A stretch of 62,311 bases of DNA, filler included, from Coriobacteriales bacterium (GTDB lineage Bacteria; Actinomycetota; Coriobacteriia; Coriobacteriales; UBA8131): the NCBI GenBank assembly GCA_031263105.1. It is 6 parts of 6 records of this genome, joined end to end, with 100 filler letters (N's around TTAATTAATTAA, not from the genome) between each part and the next. Parts side by side here need not be neighbours in the genome. Positions count along the whole stretch, not along the records: positions 1 to 13,490 come from JAISGJ010000209.1; 5 more parts are not named here. One strand, 5' to 3'. Positions 1 to 9,886 of the stretch are shown here, one piece after another. Each line of letters opens with the position of its first letter. Within the stretch, counting starts at the first letter, position 1. A program made the translations under genes and the position numbers. The notes under the pieces were generated by a model that saw only the letters and a list, made by a program, of their open reading frames with translations, had not been told where the DNA came from and did no database searches.

Positions 1-22
1 CCCGCAAGGGCGCGCAGCGTGA

Positions 23-129
23 GAATCCTTGGACGCGCAGCGTCCGACTGGCCCGATTGGGCGCCGGTGCGTTCCGTGGGCCTGTCGGCCCGTCCTCGCT
101 GAAAACGCGCTGCGTTTTCCGGGCGCTCG
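23..129. repeat. Degenerate pieces of palindromic repeat family A at the contig start
   Basis: GAATCCTTGGACGCGCAGCGTCC resembles the core hairpin of the 12174-12337 copy; 78-129 resembles the reverse complement of ~13389-13440. Confidence 0.7.
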
Positions 130-150
130 CTGCCCGCCTGTCCTGCCCGC

Positions 151-1293
151 TCACAGCAACGCCTCTTCTATGGCGTCGATTATGCGGGTCATCAGGAGGG
201 GGCCGCCGGTCGAGGTCCAGAGGGAGCCGTCGACCAGGACGATGTGCCCCTGCGCATAGGCCGTAAGCGCCGTGAAGCCCGGGGTCTGGACCGCCTGCTC
301 CAGCGCCTTGCGCGCGCCGTCGAGGCCAGCAGAGCCGCCGGCCTGGGGGTTGTTCACCGACGAGCCGCCGAGCGTGCCGAAGAACAGGTAGTCGGCATCG
401 ATCTCGCCGAGGTTCTCCAGAGAGACCGGCTCGGCATGGCCGCGCCCGTCGTGGTCCTGGTTGGCGGGCCGCGCAAGGCCCAGATCGAGGAGGACGCGAC
501 CCGGCGGCAGCTCGTTGAGTATCATCGCGGCGGAGGTGCCCTGCCAGCGCACGATGGAGAAGGTCGAGCTGCTGTACGAGGGCTGCAGGGCCGCACCGAT
601 TTCGGCGGCGTGGCGCTCGTAGCCTGCTATCACGGCCTCGGCCTCGTCGGAGCGGTTCAGCGCGTCGGCCACGAGGCGGAAGTTCACCTCCCAGTTGCCA
701 CCGGCATACCCGGTGGCGACCACGGGGGCGATTTCCGCAAGGATGGCGATGACCTCGGCGTTGTTGTTGATGCTCGTGCCGTCGACGAGGATAAGGTCGG
801 GGGCCGCCTTCGCTATCTCCTCGTAGTTGGGGTTGGCCACGGCGCCCACGAGCGGGATGTCGGCGGCGAGGTCGCTCAGGTACGCCGGGACGCCACTCTG
901 CCCGCGCCCGCTCGTGGTGCCCACGGGGACGACCCCCAAGGCGAGCGCGCCGTCGAGCGTCGGCTCGCTGAGCGTGATGACACGCTGGGGACTCACGGGC
1001 ACCTCGATGGGACGGTCGTCGATATCGAGGACCGTGCGCGTCTGGCCCGTCGCGGTGGTTCCGACTCCGACGTCTCCCCCGCCGCTGCCGCCGGCTCCGG
1101 TCCCATCGTCGGCATCTCCGCCGCCGCCGCCAACGGCCCCGGCCCCGGCAGCCCCGCCACCGCCCGCAGCCGCCTGCAAGCCCCCCTGCGCACCGTCGCA
1201 CCCCCCTAAGGAGAGTGCGACGGCACAGCAGAAGAAGAGAAGGACGGCCCCTTTGAGGAGGCCTCGCGTCCCTCTTGTGGGAAGGTGCCCCAT
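151..1293 (-). CDS. Iron-siderophore/heme-type ABC transporter substrate-binding lipoprotein
   Basis: Lipobox-like ALSLGGC, Gly-rich linker, periplasmic-binding-protein-2 motifs (PQRVITLSE, PNYEEIAKAAPDLIL, AEIAPVV); ATG lies 2 nt after the upstream stop. Confidence 0.85.
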   Translation of the reverse strand: MGHLPTRGTRGLLKGAVLLFFCCAVALSLGGCDGAQGGLQAAAGGGGAAGAGAVGGGGGDADDGTGAGGSGGGDVGVGTTATGQTRTVLDIDDRPIEVPVSPQRVITLSEPTLDGALALGVVPVGTTSGRGQSGVPAYLSDLAADIPLVGAVANPNYEEIAKAAPDLILVDGTSINNNAEVIAILAEIAPVVATGYAGGNWEVNFRLVADALNRSDEAEAVIAGYERHAAEIGAALQPSYSSSTFSIVRWQGTSAAMILNELPPGRVLLDLGLARPANQDHDGRGHAEPVSLENLGEIDADYLFFGTLGGSSVNNPQAGGSAGLDGARKALEQAVQTPGFTALTAYAQGHIVLVDGSLWTSTGGPLLMTRIIDAIEEALL

Positions 1294-1295
1294 CC

Positions 1296-4200
1296 TCACC
1301 CCGACACCACCGGCGCCTGGGTCGGCAGCGGGGCCGCCACCGGAGCCGCCGTGCGCAGGCGACGGAAGCGGTAGACGAGGACGCACGCGACGCCCACCAA
1401 GGCGACGACCAAGGCGGCGGCTGCGTACAGGATGATGTTGAGCAGCAGCGCAGGGTCGCCCGCCCCGTCCGCACCGGACGCGAGGGGCGTCTCCGCGTCG
1501 GACAGGGCGCTCGTCTGTGCGACGTTGGTGCCGGTGGAGCTGCCGTTCGTGCCTGCGGTGCCCGTGGACTCGTCCGTGCCGTCCGTAGACGCAGTGGTCG
1601 TCCGCGCGGCCGTGGAGCCCGCACCCGAGGTGGTCGCCGTGCCGCCGGCACCGCCCACGCCGCCGGAGGGGTTGTTGTAGTAGTTGTTGACGACGCTCTC
1701 GCCGGAACCCGTGGTGGAGGTGCCGGTGGTGCCGGTGCCGCTGCCGGTGCCTGTGGTACCCGTGCTGCCCGTGGGAGCGGTGTTGTAGTAATAGTTGTGG
1801 GTGACGTTACCGCTGGTGCCGGTGGAGCCGCTGCCCGTGCCCGTACCGGAACCCGTGCCCGTGCCGCTGCCGGTGCCGGAACCCGTGCCGGAGCCGCCGT
1901 CGTCCTGCGCAGCGACCGTATAGGTCGTCCAGCCGAGCACCGCACCGGTGGCACCCTGGCTCACGTCGCGTGCGACGACGTAGTAGGTGCCGGCCTCGTC
2001 GAGGCCCCCAGCCGCCAGGGAGCTGCGAATCTGCCGATTGTTATCGACCTGGAAGTTCGCGCCCTTCCCCCACGGGTAGCGCACGGATGCCGCAAGCGGG
2101 TACAGCGCACCGGACGACGCCTGCACCTGCAAGGCCGCCTCGGCCTCGGCCTGTGCCGCTGCCGCCGCATCGGCTTCTGCCTTGGCTGCCACGGCAGCCT
2201 CGGCTGCCGCATCCGCCTCGGCCCTAGCCACAACCGCAGCCTCGGCCAGCGCATCCGCCTCGCCCTGTGCCACAACCGCAGCACCAGCCAGCGCATCCGC
2301 CTCGGCCCTGGCCGCCACTGCCGCCTCGGCCGCTGTCGCAGCCGTAGGGGGCGGCGTCCCCGACGCCCCGTCCACCACAGCCTCGGTCGCTGCCGCCGCT
2401 TCCGCAGCCTCGGCCGCCTCAGCAGCCGCGTCGGCCGCCGCCTTCGCCTCGGCTGCCACGTCAGCCGCCACGTCAGCCGCTGCCTCGGCCTCGGTCGCCG
2501 CATCGGCCGCAGCAGTCGCAGCCGCCTCCGCGTCCGCAGCCGCCGCATCCGCCGCATCCGCAGCAACTGCATCCGCACCGTCCTGCCCCAGCGCCTGCAC
2601 CGTCACCGGCGCCATCTCGAAGTACGCGCTCAGGTGCACCCACGCACCCGGCTCGGCCCCAGGGACGGAGACAACCGTCTGCGCGCCCGTGACACTGAGG
2701 GAGATAAGCTCGGAAAGGCCACCCGTCAGCGCGGCGGCGGGGTCGATGGGCACAAGGTCGCCCACAGGGCGGTAGGTGCCCACGACGAACTGCGGGGACT
2801 GAAGCGTGCGGACGACGTCGCCCTCCTTGAGCGTGCCGGTGAGGAAGCGCAGCGTGTAGCCTCCCTCCCCAAAGGCAGGCACGGAGCCGCCGGTGCCGGT
2901 GGTGCCGCCGTCCGGGAGCCTGATGTCGGTATCGAAGCTGCCGTTTGCATCGGCGTTGATGATCGCCCACACCTCGCGGTTGGAGTGCACGGCCCCCTCT
3001 GCGGTGTGCGAGAAGGCACCGTCGTTTATCTTGACGGCAACGGTGGAGCCGGAGCCGTCAGGGTGCAGCCACCCCGCGCCGGAGACGTGCAGCGTTCCGC
3101 CCACCGAGGCCTGCGTCGCAATCGTGACCGAGGCCGAGGCGGCAGGCGCCCCCGTGACGGTGAGCGTGGCGGGCGCGGTCTCGGCGCTGCCGCTCGCGTT
3201 GGTGAACACGGCCTTGTACTGATAGCCGTTCTGCGCGAGGGCCACCGCGCCAAGGGAGAGGGTCGCAGAGGTCGCGCCCTCGATGTCCGCCCAGCCCTTG
3301 CCGTCGTTGACGTACCACTGGACGGTGGGCACAGGGCTGCCGGAGGCAGCGGCGGAAAGGCTCACCGCAGCGCCCGGTGCAGCAGTGCGCGACTGCGGCT
3401 GTGTGGTAATGGCAGGCGCTGCGGGCGGGAGGGCGGGAGGCTCGACGATAGTGAAGTCGGCCGCGAGCGTGCGCACCACGTCGCCGGAGACCAGCGAGCC
3501 CGTGAGGAAGCGTATCTGGTGCGTGGAGCCGACCGTCCAGCCGGGCCAGGTGCCGTCCGCAAGCTGGGCGTTCTCCGCCGTCGGGAAGGGTATCGTGACC
3601 TCCCAGTTGCCCTGCGCGTCGCCCTTGGCGTGGGCCTGTGCCCGCTTGTCGGTTATGGTCGAGCCGTCCACGGGGGAGAGCACGGTGCGCTTGGTGTAGA
3701 CCGTGTTGGGGTCGCCGCTCACCGCCGCGTCCAGCACGACGTTGGCGACCGAGCCGGTGCTTCCGTCCGTGGTGAGCCAGCCCGTGCCGGAGACCACGAT
3801 GTCTGCACCCACAGCGACCTCGGTCGGCACCGTGTAGGTGACGGTGCGCCCTGCGGCATCGACGACCGTGTAGGTCGTGCTGCCGGAGGGAGGCTCGGGG
3901 GCGGCGACTATCGTCACGTCCGAGGAGCGCGTGGAGCGCACCGTGTCGCCCGTCACGCTGAGGCCCGTGAGCAGGCGGAACCAGTGTGAACCCGAATCCG
4001 GTGCCCAAGCATCGGGCAGCGTGTAGGCGGCCCTGAACACGCCGGTCGTCGCCGAGGCGATGACGGCGGCCTCCTGAATGTCATCGTCGAACTTCAGCAC
4101 GATGCCCGAGCCCGTGCCGCTCGGATGCGTCCACCCCGCGCCGTACAGCACGGCTTCGGTGCCGACCGTGACGCTGACAGGCGCGTACCAGAGCTCGCCG

Positions 4201-7200
4201 CTCTCCATCCCGGGACTGCCGGTCGTTATCTTCTCATAGCCCTCGGCAGGGACGGCGTACAGCACCGCCCCCTGGGTCGCGGTCTGCCCCTCGTCGTTGG
4301 TGAACACCGCACGATAGCTCCTGCCATCCACCGCGTCCGCAGCGGCCACGGACAGAACCAGCGTGTCGAGGCTCGCCACATTGGCCCACGTCGCACCGTC
4401 GTCGTCCGAGGACTGCCACCTCACGGACTCGGCCCCCGTGGCCGCAGCCGTGAACACCGCAGACGCCGCCCCCGGCTCCAGCAGCACCCCCGCCGGATGC
4501 ACCGTGACCACCGGCGCCCCCTCGCCTCCGGAGATGTCTGCAACCGTGAGCGTGGCGACGTTGGAGGTGACTCGCCCTGCGGAGCTAAACACCGTCACGC
4601 GGTACTGGTAGCCGTCGTAGTTTGCCGTAATTCCACTGGAGACGTTCAGCGTAGGCTCATCCGAGTGAGCGTTATCACTGGTGACCCACTCCCAGATGGC
4701 GTCATTGCCGGGCTTTTTGACTTCCCACTTGTAGGACAAGGACTCAGAGCCGGTCGTCTCGACGCTCAGGGCAACGGGGTCGCCCACTGTGGCGTTGACC
4801 GGAGCTGGCTGCGTCGTGATGGACGGCGCAGTGCCCGCACTCTCATCGAACTCCAGATTTAAGAGGGCGACATACGAGCGTCCGGTATCACCTGCAAGCA
4901 ACGAGCCGCTCAGCAGCCGCAGCTCGACAAGTTCGCCGGGATTGGTCCATTCCTGGTTGTAGTCGCCAAGGGTCGGTATCTTGACGGTGGCTTTCCAACG
5001 CCCGTTGACGGAATCGGCATAACCGACAGCGACCACTTGGGTGTTCGAGGGATAGACGGGGTCGAGCATCCGGGCATAGGTGCTCTCGCCGTCCCGCATG
5101 AGCTTCAAGGCAACGGTCGAGCCGAGGGTATGCGCCAGATTGAAGAAACCCTCGCCGTAGACGGTGATCTCACCGCCGATAGGTGCCGTCTCGGGCACCC
5201 AGAACCTGGCCCCATCGCCCGCAACAGTGCGATACTCCCGCCCCTCGGGTGCCCATTCGGCCTCGTCGGGACTCGGCGCATCGACATCACCGATATTGAG
5301 CCACTCGCTCGTGACGGTGCGGCTCATACCGCCCGTGCGACCCGAGGACGCCACAACGCGATACCAACCCGGTTCGAGGGCTGGCATGCCGGTCGCCGCA
5401 AGCTTCAGAGACGTGTCGAAGGTGGCCAAGGTCTCAAAGACGCTGGAGTTCGCCCAGACGGAGGCGAGGATGTCCTGCTTGCTGGGAACCGGTGCCTTGG
5501 ACGAATCCTTCCACGTGACGAAGCTGCCATCGCCGGCCTCCAGCTTGAAGTCGACGAGGGCCCCCACGGGGCCGCTTGACGAAACGCCAGCGACACTGTA
5601 ATACCACCACGCACCCTCCAGAGGAACCACGCCATCGGTGGCAAAGCCCGCACCGGCGTTCTCAATGCGCAGAATCGCAGGCTGCGAGCCGTTGTAGTCG
5701 CACACGCGTAGCAGCTGTTCGTACCTCTCGCCGTTCTGCGCACGAAGGGAAAGGGCCGCCGTGTCCCCCGGTGCCATGCTGAGTCCAAGCGAGTTTTCCG
5801 ACGTAGCGCCACATACAGAAATCGCCCACGGATGAGCCGCTGTGGTGCCTATCTCGTCGGTACGCAGGGTGACTGGCCAACCGTTCGCATCGAGGACGGG
5901 GGCATTGCCGAGGTACAGGACGTAGTCGGTGTTCGGGGTCGCGTAGAGAAGGCGCACGACAACCGATGGCGATTGGGTTCCCGAAGCAAAATAGGAGCCG
6001 TCTGCAAGTAAGGCATAGTTGGATGACGCATTTGAGCAAAAATCAAAAAGCGTCCCGGTGCTACCGGAGCCACCTGTGAGCGTAAACAATATCTCAAGCG
6101 TAGCGAGGGCATCGCGCATGCCGTTGGGGATTGGACTGGCCGTCTCGGGCACACGCAGGCGCAGAATGTGCTCGCCGTTGCGCAGCGCTGCGGACAGGGG
6201 CTGTGACAACTGGACGACCCCACTTTGAGGGATGAGGGAGTACGTAGTTGCCATCCCCAGTGAGGCTGAGGGGGCTAAGGGGGACCAGTCGCCTGTGTGG
6301 TCGATGTCGAAGGTTCCCCATTTCCCTGCGTATTCCCCAAGCCCCCACGCCCTTGCCACCAAGGTCTCGCCCGTCGCGTAACTGCCGCTGCGGTCAAGCG
6401 CGAAGCTTAGCTTTGAGGCAACCGTGAAGGGCGCAGACACGAGGGTGCGCGCCGTATCGTCCTCTTGGTACGTGGGGCCCGTGAGGAAGGTCAGGCGGTA
6501 GCTTCCTGCCGGGAAGGCAGGGGCGGAACCACCCTCTCCCACATCGCTGCCGTCAGGCAAGGTGACGGTCGTGGAGAAGCTGCCATCGGCCTCAGCTTCG
6601 ACGAGCGCCCATATGCTCTCATCGTCGCCCGAGCCGACCACGGCGTTGCCCTCCGTATGCGCATAGGTACCGCCGTCAATCTTGAGGGCGACCGTCGAGC
6701 CGCCGCCACTGGGATGGATGAAGCCCGTACCCGAGATAGCGAGGGTCTCGCCCCAGACACCGCTCGCAGCCACGGTGACGAAGGCTCCCGCGCTGCCATA
6801 GACGACGGTACGCGAGTAGTTCCTGTTCCAATTGGTGTCCCAACCGGAAGGCTTGTCTCCAGCCGAGGCGAAAGAGACGTACAGCGGCCCTGCTACGCCC
6901 TCAAAGGCATCGGCACCGACGGTGACGACCGTTGCGGGGACGGTGAGGTCGCTCAGACGTGCGCAATACTGGAACGCCTGCTGCGTCACCGTGGTCACGC
7001 TCGCGGGAAGAGCGAGCGTGACCAGCGAGCTGCAGTTGCGGAAGGCGTATCTGCCGACGGTGGTGAGGCTGGCAGGGAGCGTGACCTGCGTGAGGGAGCT
7101 GCATGCATCAAAGGTCGATGTCGGTAAGCTGGTCACACTTGCGGGCAGACTGACGAACCTGAGATTCGTGCAGCCGTTGAAGATGCTCGTGGCGTTACTG

Positions 7201-7886
7201 GCTATGGTGGCCCGTTCGGGGAGCGTCACCGAGGTCAAGGCCGTGCATTTTGAGAAGGCCGAGGCCCCGATGGCAAGTGCGCCTATCCCGTTCTCAAAGG
7301 TGACAGAGGCGAGCTCCGCGCATTCGCTGAAGCCAGCAAGGCTCGTGACACTTCCAGGGATGGTGACCGCAGTCAGCGACGCGCACTTCTGAAACGCGTT
7401 GGCACCAATAGACGTAAGGCCCTGCGGCAGCGTGATGCCAGCCAAGGAGCCGCAGCTCGCAAAAGCGCTGCTGCCGATGGAGGTAATGCCCTGCGGCAGC
7501 GTGACCTTGGTCAGAAGCGCACAGCCGGTGAAGCTGGAACTGCCAACGGTCGTGACGCCCTCGGTGATGACGATCTCTCTAACGGCGCTCTTCCACTGGA
7601 CAGGGGCAATCTCCGTGAACCCGTTGTAGGCCGTCATGGCACCCGTGCCGCTTATGGTGAGCTTCCCGGTTTCGGTGTCGAGTGTCCAAGTAGCGGCAGG
7701 CCCGCAGGTGCCGTTGTACTCTTCCGCATATGCGAAGGTACCGGGAAGCACAAACGAAAGCAGCAGCGCAAGCAGCGCAGCAAACATAACCATCGGCAGC
7801 AAGGGCCTCGGCCTGCCCTGTCTGCAATCCCGTTCGTAAAGGGCGCTGCCGCCGCTTTCTTTGCTTGTTGCCGATGATAGTTCCAT
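1296..7886 (-). CDS. Giant surface protein: signal peptide, BspA-type LRRs, ~6 repeats of an unnamed beta-domain, 3 Ig-like domains, Ala-rich and Gly/Thr-rich stretches, C-terminal ETPLA + TM + basic tail
   Basis: LRR_5 pattern (LTxVTLPxxLTSIGxxAFxxC); Ig motifs (PxITTQP..YQYR); C-terminal DAETPLASG, hydrophobic helix, RFRRLR. Start chosen at ATG 7886; the ORF is open to 8024. Confidence 0.85.
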   Translation of the reverse strand: MELSSATSKESGGSALYERDCRQGRPRPLLPMVMFAALLALLLSFVLPGTFAYAEEYNGTCGPAATWTLDTETGKLTISGTGAMTAYNGFTEIAPVQWKSAVREIVITEGVTTVGSSSFTGCALLTKVTLPQGITSIGSSAFASCGSLAGITLPQGLTSIGANAFQKCASLTAVTIPGSVTSLAGFSECAELASVTFENGIGALAIGASAFSKCTALTSVTLPERATIASNATSIFNGCTNLRFVSLPASVTSLPTSTFDACSSLTQVTLPASLTTVGRYAFRNCSSLVTLALPASVTTVTQQAFQYCARLSDLTVPATVVTVGADAFEGVAGPLYVSFASAGDKPSGWDTNWNRNYSRTVVYGSAGAFVTVAASGVWGETLAISGTGFIHPSGGGSTVALKIDGGTYAHTEGNAVVGSGDDESIWALVEAEADGSFSTTVTLPDGSDVGEGGSAPAFPAGSYRLTFLTGPTYQEDDTARTLVSAPFTVASKLSFALDRSGSYATGETLVARAWGLGEYAGKWGTFDIDHTGDWSPLAPSASLGMATTYSLIPQSGVVQLSQPLSAALRNGEHILRLRVPETASPIPNGMRDALATLEILFTLTGGSGSTGTLFDFCSNASSNYALLADGSYFASGTQSPSVVVRLLYATPNTDYVLYLGNAPVLDANGWPVTLRTDEIGTTAAHPWAISVCGATSENSLGLSMAPGDTAALSLRAQNGERYEQLLRVCDYNGSQPAILRIENAGAGFATDGVVPLEGAWWYYSVAGVSSSGPVGALVDFKLEAGDGSFVTWKDSSKAPVPSKQDILASVWANSSVFETLATFDTSLKLAATGMPALEPGWYRVVASSGRTGGMSRTVTSEWLNIGDVDAPSPDEAEWAPEGREYRTVAGDGARFWVPETAPIGGEITVYGEGFFNLAHTLGSTVALKLMRDGESTYARMLDPVYPSNTQVVAVGYADSVNGRWKATVKIPTLGDYNQEWTNPGELVELRLLSGSLLAGDTGRSYVALLNLEFDESAGTAPSITTQPAPVNATVGDPVALSVETTGSESLSYKWEVKKPGNDAIWEWVTSDNAHSDEPTLNVSSGITANYDGYQYRVTVFSSAGRVTSNVATLTVADISGGEGAPVVTVHPAGVLLEPGAASAVFTAAATGAESVRWQSSDDDGATWANVASLDTLVLSVAAADAVDGRSYRAVFTNDEGQTATQGAVLYAVPAEGYEKITTGSPGMESGELWYAPVSVTVGTEAVLYGAGWTHPSGTGSGIVLKFDDDIQEAAVIASATTGVFRAAYTLPDAWAPDSGSHWFRLLTGLSVTGDTVRSTRSSDVTIVAAPEPPSGSTTYTVVDAAGRTVTYTVPTEVAVGADIVVSGTGWLTTDGSTGSVANVVLDAAVSGDPNTVYTKRTVLSPVDGSTITDKRAQAHAKGDAQGNWEVTIPFPTAENAQLADGTWPGWTVGSTHQIRFLTGSLVSGDVVRTLAADFTIVEPPALPPAAPAITTQPQSRTAAPGAAVSLSAAASGSPVPTVQWYVNDGKGWADIEGATSATLSLGAVALAQNGYQYKAVFTNASGSAETAPATLTVTGAPAASASVTIATQASVGGTLHVSGAGWLHPDGSGSTVAVKINDGAFSHTAEGAVHSNREVWAIINADANGSFDTDIRLPDGGTTGTGGSVPAFGEGGYTLRFLTGTLKEGDVVRTLQSPQFVVGTYRPVGDLVPIDPAAALTGGLSELISLSVTGAQTVVSVPGAEPGAWVHLSAYFEMAPVTVQALGQDGADAVAADAADAAAADAEAAATAAADAATEAEAAADVAADVAAEAKAAADAAAEAAEAAEAAAATEAVVDGASGTPPPTAATAAEAAVAARAEADALAGAAVVAQGEADALAEAAVVARAEADAAAEAAVAAKAEADAAAAAQAEAEAALQVQASSGALYPLAASVRYPWGKGANFQVDNNRQIRSSLAAGGLDEAGTYYVVARDVSQGATGAVLGWTTYTVAAQDDGGSGTGSGTGSGTGTGSGTGTGSGSTGTSGNVTHNYYYNTAPTGSTGTTGTGSGTGTTGTSTTGSGESVVNNYYNNPSGGVGGAGGTATTSGAGSTAARTTTASTDGTDESTGTAGTNGSSTGTNVAQTSALSDAETPLASGADGAGDPALLLNIILYAAAALVVALVGVACVLVYRFRRLRTAAPVAAPLPTQAPVVSG

Positions 7887-8100
7887 TCTGCACCGCCTTC
7901 CGGTGTCACCAGACACCTGACGTCCCTCGATGTCTCTGCGCCTCTTCCTGCGCATCGTTCTGTAAGCGCCCTGTGCTTGGGGCGAGGCCCGGAGAGAGTG
8001 GCTCCCTGTCCGGGTCCGCCCCAAGTAGCAAGGTCTGCAAGCTATCTACTGCACTTCGTCAAAACCTCATGGATGCGACCCTGAAGGGTAAGTCCATGCA

Positions 8101-8175
8101 CGTCATTGCGAGAAGCGACGAAGCAATCCATGCGGTAACCTTCGACTGGATTGCTTCGCTTCGCTTGCAATGACG
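8101..8175. repeat. REP/RPE-like palindromic element
   Basis: CGTCATTGCGAG..GAAGCAATCCA..TGGATTGCTTC..CTTGCAATGACG inverted repeat between two co-oriented genes. Confidence 0.8.
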
Positions 8176-8191
8176 CGCTTAATTGGTGCTT

Positions 8192-8932
8192 CTAGGAAAC
8201 TGAAAAGGTATAGCTGACCGAAAGCTGTGGATAAAAGACACTGTCTATTGTTTCCGGAAAAGCCAACAGAGTAACAGCATGATAGCCCGGAGTCATATCC
8301 AGCGGCAGATCGATAACCTCGTCAAAGAAGCCGCTCGCATCGGTGAAAAACGACACGTAGACAGCCTCATGGAAATCGTACTTCACATAGATATGCCGCC
8401 CTGCTCCCCAGCTGGCATCGTTCTCATTGGTCACGCTGACGGTCTGGGGGGTCGTGCTGCCGTCATACTCGAAATCCGGGTGATACTGATTCGCGATGAC
8501 CGTCAGAAAGAGTCCCGTCGCGAAGTTGGGCGCCCAAGGGTCCTCGGGCTCCCCATAGTAGAAAACTATGCCAAAATCGAGCGTAGGAGCCGTGTCCAGA
8601 GGAACAATGAAGGTCGTTCGTTCCGGGTTGTCAGGATCCCGCAAGACACCGTCTTCATCGACCTCATACACACCAAGGACAACCGAGGGCTCCAACACGG
8701 GCTTCGCCGTGACAGTCGGCCTCTCAGGGTCGAACCCTGAACTCTCAAAGGTGAACATGCCCCCATCCGGTATGGTGTACGTATCCTCGGGGTTCCAAAC
8801 CATAGGCTCGTCGGTAACGCCCGCCTGCGCGACAGACGGCAGCGCAAACGACACCCCCATTACCATAAGCGCCGCAAGCAGCACGGCGATGACGCGGTTC
8901 TTCAAACTCAGTCGTGTTTTTGTTACTTCCAT
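8192..8932 (-). CDS. Secreted acidic hypothetical protein, probable Ig-like folds
   Basis: Signal peptide ending AQA, RBS upstream; C-terminal TDASGFF..LP..PGYHAVTL resembles the repeats of the giant downstream protein. Confidence 0.7.
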   Translation of the reverse strand: MEVTKTRLSLKNRVIAVLLAALMVMGVSFALPSVAQAGVTDEPMVWNPEDTYTIPDGGMFTFESSGFDPERPTVTAKPVLEPSVVLGVYEVDEDGVLRDPDNPERTTFIVPLDTAPTLDFGIVFYYGEPEDPWAPNFATGLFLTVIANQYHPDFEYDGSTTPQTVSVTNENDASWGAGRHIYVKYDFHEAVYVSFFTDASGFFDEVIDLPLDMTPGYHAVTLLAFPETIDSVFYPQLSVSYTFSVS

Positions 8933-9294
8933 CTTCCTAGCCTTTCTGTCTCGCCCCGATTCCCTCGGAGCCTTTTTCTTGGGCCTCGGACTTCCCACGC
9001 TCGGATTCCCCGAAGCCCCCTGCTGCTAACGCCCTCTGGTGACTCAATGCTTGTCCTGCAGATGCAACCCCCGTTCTCTCTACCGACCGGTGCCAGCCGT
9101 CACGGCTTGGCCTGCCTTGGAACCACTCCCCTCCCCTCTTGTCTCGGGGGTCATCGACGCCCGCCATGACCCGGCGTGCCCTGCTTCAGGAAGCCTCATC
9201 TCGGGCCTTCGAGCCGCCTGCCCTGCGCCTCTTTCTGCGCCTGCAACGCCTGCTCGCCCCCCTGCCCTGAAGCCGGACGGTTCTTCGCACAAGG

Positions 9295-9314
9295 AAGTTA
9301 TATATTCCTAACTA
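9295..9314. promoter_or_regulatory. Palindromic operator AGTTA-N8-TAACT (copy 1)
   Basis: AAGTTATATATTCCTAACT in the AT-rich region upstream of the putative iron-uptake operon; similar sites at 33249 and 43112. Confidence 0.55.
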
Positions 9315-9422
9315 CCTTCTATGCGGTAGCTTAGTCCTATTTCAGTCGGAATGGAATACCTTTTTGAAAAATAATTGTAACGGGAAGTTAGCAGCAAAAA
9401 CTTTTCGCCAAATTTGCCGGTT

Positions 9423-9732
9423 TACCTCGGCATTCGCCGATTTTCGCCCTCCCGCGCCCCCTCAAAAACCCCTCCGAACCGAGGAAAAATCACCCAATTC
9501 CCCGCGCCGCCGACACCCTCCCCACACAAAACCCCAAAAACCCACACGTGCACAATGGCCAGCGAGGGCGGAAACGCGCACGAGGACACAGCCCGCGAGT
9601 GTTACGGCCAGTGTGTGAAGCTACCCGTCTATTCAACGATTTCTTTTGCGTCCTCGAACTCCTGCGTCCACTCGACAAGCTTTTGTTGGAGCAAGGTTTT
9701 GTCGGGCAGGTATCAGTTGGATGCAGTGTGTC
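9423..9732. repeat. Block repeat B, copy 1 (C/A-rich non-coding part plus YhcG tail)
   Basis: Near-identical to 11898-12023 and similar to 12997-13250. Confidence 0.9.
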
Positions 9733-9853
9733 CAGCTGACGTTTGGCTCGAATTGGGGAATCGTTGATTCCCCAATTCGGAACCGCGAATAGACCGCAGA
9801 GAAACGGTGCATGAGCTTGAGATTTTCTGGCGAGATACGCCTGCCCTCGACTT
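9628..9853 (-). pseudogene. YhcG/DUF1016 PD-(D/E)XK protein remnant with internal deletion
   Basis: N-domain-like GRRISPENLKLMHRF..VSWTHCIQLI joined out of frame to the C-terminal YLPDKTLLQQKLVEWTQEFEDAKEIVE*. Confidence 0.65.
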
Positions 9854-9886
9854 TTGATAGACAGGGAACAGCTCCCTGCTTACGAT

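Noticed and set aside
1..154. Start of a FecCD permease overlapping the binding-protein stop (GTGA)
   Set aside because: The frame is open but consists of repeat-derived sequence with no permease features in the window.
8935..9290. Cobalamin or other riboswitch in the long leader of the uptake operon
   Set aside because: I could not find B12-box or other conserved aptamer motifs by eye; an Rfam/Infernal scan would settle it.
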